A DNA stretch of 16,147 bases from Candidatus Izemoplasmatales bacterium (GTDB lineage: Bacteria > Bacillota_I > Bacilli_A > Izemoplasmatales > Hujiaoplasmataceae), in assembly GCA_050177605.1 (NCBI GenBank), contig JBFXGX010000013.1:1-16147 (forward strand), written 5' to 3'. The position numbers were made by a program, and so were the translations under genes. The notes beneath the pieces are model-generated. The model ran no database searches and was not told the DNA's origin. It worked only from the letters and a program-made list of their open reading frames with translations. Positions within the stretch are counted from its first letter, which is position 1. Each line of letters begins with the position of its first letter. Below, piece by piece: positions 1 to 6,692 of this stretch.

Positions 1-2
1 AC

Positions 3-26
3 AAAAAAAGCACTCATTTGAGTGCT
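3..26 (-). terminator. Intrinsic terminator of the tRNA cluster
   Basis: Minus strand reads AGCACTC-AAAT-GAGTGCT followed by a T run, about 15 nt downstream of tRNA-Phe. Confidence 0.85.
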
Positions 27-41
27 ATATTTCGTTACCGA

Positions 42-117
42 TGGTGGCTCAGGCCGGGATCGAACCGGCGACACATGGATTTTCAGTCCATTGCTCTACC
101 AACTGAGCTACCGAGCC
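42..117 (-). tRNA. tRNA-Phe(GAA)
   Basis: Cloverleaf GGCTCGG...TGAGCC-ACCA, anticodon loop CT-GAA-AA, TTCGA T-loop, encoded CCA. Confidence 0.97.
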
Positions 118-122
118 ATAAG

Positions 123-198
123 TGGCGGTCCCGACGGGAATTGAACCCGCGATCTCCAGTGTGACAGACTGGCATGTTAACCACTACACCACAGGACC
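123..198 (-). tRNA. tRNA-Asp(GTC)
   Basis: Anticodon arm CCAGT-CT-GTC-AC-ACTGG, G73 discriminator, encoded CCA. Confidence 0.97.
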
Positions 199-200
199 AT

Positions 201-277
<77 letters not shown>

Positions 278-296
278 ATATCTTTAGTGCTATTAT

Positions 297-325
297 ATAA
301 TAACAAACACTATATATTTTGTCAA
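297..325 (-). promoter_or_regulatory. Internal sigma-A promoter for fMet-Asp-Phe
   Basis: TTGACA (325-320), 17-nt spacer ending in TGT, TATTAT (302-297), about 20 nt upstream of tRNA-fMet. Confidence 0.8.
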
Positions 326-374
326 TAAGAAAAGCGTCTCGGCGTTGGCTTTTTTTATTGGAAAAACCTAGAAT

Positions 375-450
375 TGGTGGAGTATAGCGGGATCGAACCG
401 CTGACCTCCTGCTTGCAAGGCAGGCGCTCTCCCAGCTGAGCTAATACCCC
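375..450 (-). tRNA. tRNA-Ala(TGC), copy 2
   Basis: GGGGTAT...ATACTCC-ACCA with G3:U70 and anticodon TGC. Identical to 1085-1160. Confidence 0.97.
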
Positions 451-468
451 ACGAATATATATAAAAAG

Positions 469-555
469 TGGTACCCGAGGCCGGACTTGAACCGGCACGT
501 CATTGCTGACACTGGATTTTAAGTCCAGCGCGTCTACCTATTCCGCCACTCGGGC
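469..555 (-). tRNA. tRNA-Leu(TAA)
   Basis: 87 nt with long variable arm, CTGGA-CT-TAA-AA-TCCAG, encoded CCA. Confidence 0.96.
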
Positions 556-562
556 AATTGAG

Positions 563-638
563 TGGTGACCCGCAGGCGATTCGAACGCCTGACCCTTTGA
601 TTAAAAGTCAAATGCTCTACCGGCTGAGCTAGCGGGTC
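563..638 (-). tRNA. tRNA-Lys(TTT)
   Basis: TTTGA-CT-TTT-AA-TCAAA anticodon arm, encoded CCA. Confidence 0.97.
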
Positions 639-672
639 ATCTAAGCTCTGCACTATGGAGCTCTTTAAAAAA

Positions 673-748
673 TGGTGCCGAAAACAGGACTTGAACCCGT
701 AACCTACTGATTACGATTCAGTTGCTCTACCAGTTGAGCTATTTCGGC
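673..748 (-). tRNA. tRNA-Thr(CGT)
   Basis: GCCGAAA/TTTCGGC acceptor stem, ACTGA-AT-CGT-AA-TCAGT anticodon arm, encoded CCA. Confidence 0.93.
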
Positions 749-764
749 TAAGAAAGTAAAAAGA

Positions 765-857
765 TGGCGGAGAAAGAGGGATTCGAACCCCCGCGGGGCT
801 CACACCCCCTGTCGGTTTTCAAGACCGATCCCTTCAGCCGGACTTGGGTATTTCTCC
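765..857 (-). tRNA. tRNA-Ser(TGA)
   Basis: 93 nt with long variable arm, TCGGT-CT-TGA-AA-ACCGA, G73, encoded CCA. Confidence 0.96.
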
Positions 858-901
858 GCATGGCTGATAAAAACGATTTTGTTGATTGATAAAATTTGAT
901 A

Positions 902-978
902 TGGTGGACCCAGTAGGACTCGAACCTACGACCGATCGGTTATGAGCCGATAGCTCTAACCAACTGAGCTATGGGTCC
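902..978 (-). tRNA. tRNA-Ile2(CAT), the lysidine-modified TilS substrate
   Basis: CAT anticodon. The GGACC acceptor and CGG-CTCATAA-CCG body match the Bacillota Ile2 type, and it sits in the conserved Met-Ile2-Ser order. Confidence 0.88.
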
Positions 979-984
979 TAAAGT

Positions 985-1061
985 TGGTAGCGGCGGAGAG
1001 ACTTGAACTCTCAACCTCACGGGTATGAACCGTACGCTCTAGCCAGTTGAGCTACACCGCC
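985..1061 (-). tRNA. Elongator tRNA-Met(CAT)
   Basis: GGCGGTG acceptor and ACGG-TTCATAC-CCGT arm typical of Bacillota elongator Met, encoded CCA. Confidence 0.92.
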
Positions 1062-1084
1062 AGTTATGGGTTTTGATTAAGATT

Positions 1085-1160
1085 TGGTGGAGTATAGCGG
1101 GATCGAACCGCTGACCTCCTGCTTGCAAGGCAGGCGCTCTCCCAGCTGAGCTAATACCCC
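1085..1160 (-). tRNA. tRNA-Ala(TGC), copy 1
   Basis: G3:U70, anticodon TGC. Identical to 375-450. Confidence 0.97.
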
Positions 1161-1174
1161 ACAGCATAAAAAAA

Positions 1175-1251
<77 letters not shown>

Positions 1252-1279
1252 AAAACCAACACTTTACAGTGCGAATTAT

Positions 1280-1308
1280 ATTTTACTATTTAAAAGGCTA
1301 TTTGTCAA
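1280..1308 (-). promoter_or_regulatory. sigma-A promoter of the tRNA cluster
   Basis: TTGACA (1308-1303), 17 nt, TAAAAT (1285-1280), with AT-rich upstream DNA. Confidence 0.8.
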
Positions 1309-1339
1309 TTAAAAATTGTCAAAGTTTTTAAGAAGATTT

Positions 1340-1388
1340 TAAAATAATAAAATATAAGAGGTGAAGCAGTAAATTCACCTCTTATATT
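1340..1388 (-). terminator. Terminator hairpin ending the mnmG/rsmG-parAB-MazG-like operon
   Basis: Perfect 15-bp inverted repeat AATATAAGAGGTGAA-(8 nt)-TTCACCTCTTATATT (1351-1388), followed by a T-rich tract on the minus strand, about 30 nt after the last stop codon. Confidence 0.75.
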
Positions 1389-1419
1389 ATACTTAAGAAG
1401 AGCTTCTTTTTCAACGTTT

Positions 1420-1704
1420 TTATTTAATCGCTGGGTATTTCACGATGTTCTTAACCATTTTTTCATCGATAATTTCTTCTGGGTCTAATCCTAAGTCGCT
1501 GCACATTGCTAAAGCATAAATGAGCACATCCGCAAGTTCTTCTTTGACGTTCTCAGCATTTGCTGCAACATCACCCCATTGATAGTTTTCTAAAAGCTCT
1601 GCGGCTTCAATAATAATTGATTTTGCTAAGGCTTCAGGTGTATCGTGTTCTCTCCAACCCCGTTCATCACGGAACTTGATGATTCTATCTAGTAATTCCT
1701 TCAC
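1420..1704 (-). CDS. MazG-like (dCTP pyrophosphatase type) nucleotide pyrophosphohydrolase
   Basis: FRDERGW, EAAELLE..QW, EELADVLIY and KN..KYP motifs of the all-alpha NTP pyrophosphatase family. Overlaps the upstream gene by 20 nt. Confidence 0.9.
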   Translation of the reverse strand: MKELLDRIIKFRDERGWREHDTPEALAKSIIIEAAELLENYQWGDVAANAENVKEELADVLIYALAMCSDLGLDPEEIIDEKMVKNIVKYPAIK

Positions 1705-1891
1705 TTTCTACCTCCAACACTTTCTTAATTCTCTTTTTAAGGGTTAAACGATCAAGCATAACAATGCGTTCACACCCTAGACATTTGATTTTGCAATCCA
1801 CACCAAAACGAACAATCTCCCATTTATTGGTGCCACATGGATGTCCCTTTTTTAGTTCGAGAATACTTCCTAATTTTATTTCTTGGTCCAT
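1685..1891 (-). CDS. DUF951 family protein (YyzM-like)
   Basis: KKGHPCG..WEIVRFGVDCKIKCLGC signature. This family is commonly found downstream of parB. Confidence 0.9.
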   Translation of the reverse strand: MDQEIKLGSILELKKGHPCGTNKWEIVRFGVDCKIKCLGCERIVMLDRLTLKKRIKKVLEVESEGITR

Positions 1892-1892
1892 A

Positions 1893-2750
1893 TTAACCTC
1901 TCAATTTTTGAATCAGTTGGTTGAACTGTTCTATTTCTTCAAGTGTGTCAAAAGAAATCACTAATTTGTTTTTTTGGACTTTAATATGATCTTCATGAGC
2001 AAATAATTGATCAACATTCTTTTTCAGCGAGTGAAGTTCATTCTCGTATTCAAAACTAACTTTTGTACGTTTTATCTCTTTCTTCTTTTTTTCTTTTTTC
2101 ACTAAAGCTTCGATTTCACGTACAGTCAATTGATGATCTACAATCAAAGACGCAATATGCTTTATTCTAGAAACATCTTTCAGTTTGGATAAAGCTCTTG
2201 CGTGTCCCATCGAGATATTTCCATTGTTGATTTCATCGATGACTGCGCTTGGCAAACTAAGAATTCCAAGGGTATTGGATACATAAGAACGACTTTTGCC
2301 TATTTTTTCAGAGAGTTCCAAATGGGTTAAATGAAGCGATTCGATTGCATTTTGATACGCAACCGCTTCTTCCACAATCGTCAAGCCTTCTCTTTGAATG
2401 TTTTCAAGAAGCGCTAACTCCGCTAAGTACTGATTGTTATAATCTCTAACAATCGCTGGAACCGTAGAAAAACCTGCAAGGCGAGACGCTTTGCATCTTC
2501 TCTCTCCAGCCACAAGCAAATACCCTCCAACAACTTTTTTCACAATAACTGGTTGTAAGACACCATTCATGCGAATTGATTCTGAGAGTTCAGCTAAAGC
2601 TGCTTCATCAAAGTGTTTTCTTGGTTGGAAGGGATTGGGTTCAATTTGATCAAGAGGAATATCAATAACTTGTTCTTTTTCTAAATCAAGAATTTCATTC
2701 TCCTTAAGAAGATCTCCTAATCCTCGTTTAACGAATTGTTCTTTACTCAT
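1893..2750 (-). CDS. parB: ParB/Spo0J chromosome partitioning protein
   Basis: PNPFQPRKHF, GVLQP, AGERR box, ENIQRE, HTH GKSRSYVSN and GHARAL. Overlaps parA by 8 nt. Confidence 0.96.
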   Translation of the reverse strand: MSKEQFVKRGLGDLLKENEILDLEKEQVIDIPLDQIEPNPFQPRKHFDEAALAELSESIRMNGVLQPVIVKKVVGGYLLVAGERRCKASRLAGFSTVPAIVRDYNNQYLAELALLENIQREGLTIVEEAVAYQNAIESLHLTHLELSEKIGKSRSYVSNTLGILSLPSAVIDEINNGNISMGHARALSKLKDVSRIKHIASLIVDHQLTVREIEALVKKEKKKKEIKRTKVSFEYENELHSLKKNVDQLFAHEDHIKVQKNKLVISFDTLEEIEQFNQLIQKLRG

Positions 2751-3516
2751 TTCGACTGATCACCTCTTTGGCTAATTGACGATAGCTGAGCGAAGATTTA
2801 CTCTTCGGACTGTATTCAGTAACAGGAACACCATAAAATGTTGCATTCGAACAAGAGACATTACGAGGGATAATCGTTTGAAATACTTTCTCCCCGAAAT
2901 ACGTTTTTACTTCATTCACCACTTGATACGCTGAAGAAATTCTCGTATCAAGCATCGTTAATAAAACACCGTAAATCGTCAATGTTTCTTGGTTGACTTT
3001 CTTTTTCGATTGAACTAAACGAATTGTATTCAATAATTGTGTTAACCCATCCATCGCTAAGAATTCACACTGTACAGGGACAATGACCCCATCACTTGCC
3101 ATCATAGCGTTGGATGTTACATACCCTAAAGAGGGCGGACAATCTATTAGGATATAATCATACCCATCCTTGATTTCCCTTAATTGTGTATGTAAGATAA
3201 AATCACGATTTGAATTTAAAATGATTTTTTCTTCAATTGGATCTACTGTCGTTTTCGCTGGTAAAACATCAATCAAAGGATTATCGGTTTTTAAAGTCAC
3301 TTCTTCAAGCGTAGCCTCATTTGTTAAACAATCAAAAACACTTTTTTCAAAGCTTCCCCTGTGAATTCCCATACAAGTTGTTGCGTTGGCTTGATAATCC
3401 AAATCAATTAATAAAACCTTTTGTCCAAGATAAGACAAAGAACTTGCCAAATTAATTGCGGTGGTCGTTTTCCCAACCCCACCTTTTTGATTGGCAATAG
3501 ACAGTACAATTCCCAT
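2743..3516 (-). CDS. parA: ParA/Soj ATPase
   Basis: NQKGGVGKTT deviant Walker A, DLDYQAN, IDCPPSLG and PVQCEFLA. Start placed at ATG 3516 because the SD AAGGAG is at 3530-3525. Confidence 0.96.
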   Translation of the reverse strand: MGIVLSIANQKGGVGKTTTAINLASSLSYLGQKVLLIDLDYQANATTCMGIHRGSFEKSVFDCLTNEATLEEVTLKTDNPLIDVLPAKTTVDPIEEKIILNSNRDFILHTQLREIKDGYDYILIDCPPSLGYVTSNAMMASDGVIVPVQCEFLAMDGLTQLLNTIRLVQSKKKVNQETLTIYGVLLTMLDTRISSAYQVVNEVKTYFGEKVFQTIIPRNVSCSNATFYGVPVTEYSPKSKSSLSYRQLAKEVISRNE

Positions 3517-3528
3517 TAAATACACTCC

Positions 3529-4719
3529 TTATGAATCTTTTTTAGCTAGATATTTCAATATCAAATCGTAATTATCTTTGATAAATCCGATTTGGTTTAA
3601 TGATAAAAATTCTTCGATATCAGAAGATGAAAGTATCATCTCAATATCTTCTTTCGATAAAACTTTGGTCATATCATCCCATTCATCAATATCATAGATT
3701 TCATGAGATAAATAAATATACAGTAACAAAACCGCAAGGATTTGTTCGTCTGGATAGGGTGTTAAGTCCGAGACGTGATAAGAATAACGATTCGGTTTAT
3801 ATTCCTTACTTTCGCGGAACCTCGTATGAAAGTTAATCATCATCGAGAACATTTCGCTACGTTGATCAATCATATACTTACTCAATCGGTTGGCTATTTT
3901 CTTTGTAGAAACGCTGAATTCATCATTTTCTAAAATCTTTTCCAGTCCTCGTTCATGAATATAAATATAGAGATCAAGAACATTTGTGATTTCTCTACCA
4001 TTATCTTTGAATTGTTCATAGATAAAAGTGGCGAGCTCATCTGCGGCTTTTTGGAAGTCTAAGTCTTCGTAGAACGGAGACTCTTTAGAGACTTTCCGCC
4101 AACTGTCTAAATAGTATAAAATATGTTCTTGATATTTGTCAATATGATGATTGATGTGAACCCATTCATAGTTGAGATCAGTATAACGTTTCTCATTCAA
4201 CAAAATTTGGATTAAAAAGATGACAAAGAACACAAACAAGAAGATGAGGTATAATGCGACACTTCCTGGAATATCGTTATCAAGTACAAGTCCTTCTTGA
4301 TGGAAAATAGTATAATATCCTCCTAGCAATAAAACGATAAATCCATAGCCTATATATAAGTAGATTTCCTGGTAGAAAATGATCACCACTAAAGTAATAT
4401 AGAAAAATAAATAAGCATAGATTGTTTCAGAACCCAAAGTATAAAACAGGGTTAATAGGATTGTATAGATAATCGATAAATGGATTGCGCTTAGTAAATG
4501 ATTGGATTTAACTAAAAAAATCATTAAAACGAATATGAGCGTAAATACAGAAATTACAACGATTTTAAAGATCGTAGAATAATCAAAGAAAATCGAGAAT
4601 GGAATCGCTGAAGCAGTTAAAACAAGGAGTAAAAACATCGTCAAAATAATCTTGATTTTACGCACTTCACTCATCGGTAAGAATTCCGTATTAAATACGC
4701 GATTTAAGAACTCTTTCAT
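3529..4719 (-). CDS. Hypothetical membrane protein with about 6 TM helices and a helical cytoplasmic domain resembling a degenerate HD-GYP
   Basis: 396-aa ORF with about 6 hydrophobic segments in the first ~175 aa. ATGA overlap with the upstream paralog. The domain call comes from by-eye motif resemblance only. Confidence 0.85.
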   Translation of the reverse strand: MKEFLNRVFNTEFLPMSEVRKIKIILTMFLLLVLTASAIPFSIFFDYSTIFKIVVISVFTLIFVLMIFLVKSNHLLSAIHLSIIYTILLTLFYTLGSETIYAYLFFYITLVVIIFYQEIYLYIGYGFIVLLLGGYYTIFHQEGLVLDNDIPGSVALYLIFLFVFFVIFLIQILLNEKRYTDLNYEWVHINHHIDKYQEHILYYLDSWRKVSKESPFYEDLDFQKAADELATFIYEQFKDNGREITNVLDLYIYIHERGLEKILENDEFSVSTKKIANRLSKYMIDQRSEMFSMMINFHTRFRESKEYKPNRYSYHVSDLTPYPDEQILAVLLLYIYLSHEIYDIDEWDDMTKVLSKEDIEMILSSSDIEEFLSLNQIGFIKDNYDLILKYLAKKDS

Positions 4720-5915
4720 TTAGACACCTTCTTTCCGAAAGCGTCTTTAACGATTTGATCAAAGACTTCACTATTATTTTCATAGATTTTGGTAATTTGA
4801 GGCTCAAGATAGTAATAAAAATCGGTTTTTGTCAGTGCATTAAAAATTTGTTCTTCTTTTAACCCCGGTAAAATACCGTATCCCTTTTTAAGTGCTGCAT
4901 AAAAGAGGACAAAAGCCACTATTTTGATTTCAATATTATCCGATTGGTGATTAAAACTCTTAAACTGTGTTTCTGAAAAGATTTCTCTTTTTTCGATGAC
5001 CATATGATGATCTGTCGAAATTTTAATCGCTACTTTTCTTAATTTATGATGACCAAAAACAAGTAAATCTTCTAACCTATCTAAGTCTTTCATCGTAAAT
5101 TCGGGATGCGCAAGAAGTATCGACTCTTTACTACTATTCGAACTCAATTCTCGTAAAACATTGATTTTCTCCTTGAATGTGTTCTCGGTTTCAAGTTTTT
5201 CACTAAATGCGCTAGTAAACTCTTCAAGTGCATCAAAATAATACTCTATGGATTCTTCTCTTTCATTAACTTGTTTTTTTAAATCAATTAACAAGTCAAG
5301 ATTTCGATATTCAAGTTCATGACTCGTGGATATTTGATGAAAGAAAAAACTCTTTTGCTTGATGATGATATAGTTTGAAATACTAAGGACGATGACAAAA
5401 GTAACAAAGAAGAATCCAATTCCAAATCGCGATTCAAGCGGTGCACCAGATAGTCCTAAGAACTCAGGGTAATTCACAATAATCAGTAACACTGTCAAAA
5501 GAAGCATCACATCAGAAATCATCAGTACTTTGATATCTTGATAAAAAGCACTAATAGCGTAAGCAATGAACAAAACAATCATCATCGAAGGCGATTGAAA
5601 CATAAAAACAATCAAGATTGCGACAGAAAAAATTCCGATGGTTGTAAAGTATTTATTAATATGAAAAAATTCAGGATGTTCTTGACCATACGCTAAATTC
5701 GCAATATTAAATATTAAAACTGCAAAGAAACCAAAAAGAATAGGTAAAAACTTTAAAAAGGAAAAATGAGATAGAATCATATAAACGACAAATAAAATCA
5801 TTAAGAAGAGAATAATCCCTAACACATAATGATTTTTTTGACGTATATGTTTAATTTCTAGTTGATTGTGAAATTCTTCTGTTTGAGAAAACACAAATGT
5901 CTTCTTTGAACTCAA
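4716..5915 (-). CDS. Hypothetical membrane protein with about 6 TM helices, probable paralog of the downstream ORF
   Basis: 399-aa ORF with a TTG start 7 nt after GGAGG, which overlaps the rsmG stop. It shares length, architecture and an FYQ(D/E)I motif with its neighbour. Confidence 0.85.
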   Translation of the reverse strand: MSSKKTFVFSQTEEFHNQLEIKHIRQKNHYVLGIILFLMILFVVYMILSHFSFLKFLPILFGFFAVLIFNIANLAYGQEHPEFFHINKYFTTIGIFSVAILIVFMFQSPSMMIVLFIAYAISAFYQDIKVLMISDVMLLLTVLLIIVNYPEFLGLSGAPLESRFGIGFFFVTFVIVLSISNYIIIKQKSFFFHQISTSHELEYRNLDLLIDLKKQVNEREESIEYYFDALEEFTSAFSEKLETENTFKEKINVLRELSSNSSKESILLAHPEFTMKDLDRLEDLLVFGHHKLRKVAIKISTDHHMVIEKREIFSETQFKSFNHQSDNIEIKIVAFVLFYAALKKGYGILPGLKEEQIFNALTKTDFYYYLEPQITKIYENNSEVFDQIVKDAFGKKVSK

Positions 5916-5926
5916 ACATATCCCTC

Positions 5927-6613
5927 CTAAAGTGGTTTCTTTTTAATTAATCCAAAGTTCCTTGGATATCCCGGTGGTGTTGGTTTTACCTTTTTAAACA
6001 CCAACAAAGATAAAATTGTTTCTTCGTTTAAATGATATGGAATGGTCTTTTCTAGCTTCGCGCCAAGAAATGAGATTGCTGATTCTGATAGTTTTAGTTC
6101 TTCTGTGTGGTGAAGCGACTTCATCGCTACCATCACACCACCCTTTTTAACAAATGGTACTGTTAATTCCGCAAGCACTTGGAGTCTAGCGACGGCTCTA
6201 CTGGTGACAATATCAAATTGTTCTAGTTCTTTAAACTCTTCTGCTCTACCATGAATTAACCTGACATCCTCTAATTCAAGAAGTTCTACTAACTGTGATA
6301 AAAAGGTAATTCTTTTTTGAAGAGCGTCGATAATTGTCACTTGTAAGGTTGGACATACTATTTTTAAAGGAATCGAAGGAAAACCTGCTCCCGAACCAAC
6401 ATCTAAAATTGATTTGTTAGATAAATCTCCTAACAAGACAAGTTGGATCGAATCTAAAAAATGCTTTAAATAGACTTCCTCTTTTTCGGTAATTGCCGTA
6501 AGATTCATAACATTATTTTTTTCGACTAAAAAAGAAAAGTATTGTTCAAACTTTTTGATTTGTTTCTCAGATAATGGATACCCAAGATTCGCGCATTCTT
6601 TTAAAAAATCCAT
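5927..6613 (-). CDS. rsmG: 16S rRNA m7G527 methyltransferase RsmG (GidB)
   Basis: NLTAI, KHFLDS, LDVGSGAGFPSIP, HGRAEE and SRAVA. Directly follows mnmG. Confidence 0.97.
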   Translation of the reverse strand: MDFLKECANLGYPLSEKQIKKFEQYFSFLVEKNNVMNLTAITEKEEVYLKHFLDSIQLVLLGDLSNKSILDVGSGAGFPSIPLKIVCPTLQVTIIDALQKRITFLSQLVELLELEDVRLIHGRAEEFKELEQFDIVTSRAVARLQVLAELTVPFVKKGGVMVAMKSLHHTEELKLSESAISFLGAKLEKTIPYHLNEETILSLLVFKKVKPTPPGYPRNFGLIKKKPL

Positions 6614-6630
6614 CTTATCACCTTAAAACT

Positions 6631-6639
6631 ATTTTACCA
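6631..6639 (-). promoter_or_regulatory. Putative extended -10 promoter upstream of rsmG
   Basis: TG-G-TAAAAT just upstream of the SD AAGGTGA. No good -35 box. Confidence 0.5.
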
Positions 6640-6692
6640 TAAACGTGTGTTTTCTGTACTTATTTTCCAAAGAAGAAAAGAAATGGACAACT

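Noticed and set aside
327..357. Possible terminator between tRNA-Ala and the internal promoter
   Set aside because: Only a weak AAAAGC/GCTTTT stem with a large loop forms on the minus strand, so it cannot be called confidently.
858..901. Short TGATAAAA direct repeat in the Ile2-Ser spacer
   Set aside because: Two 8-bp AT-rich copies are within chance expectation.
1317..1322. Second perfect TTGACA upstream of the tRNA promoter
   Set aside because: No -10 box at 16-18 nt spacing.
2112..2127. TTTCACGT half-site inside parB
   Set aside because: The second half (ACAGTC) does not match parS.
4704..4718. TGA read as Trp (genetic code 4) at the end of the 399-aa ORF
   Set aside because: All long ORFs are intact under code 11, the TGA forms a standard ATGA overlap, and read-through would hit TAA four codons later without fusing the genes.
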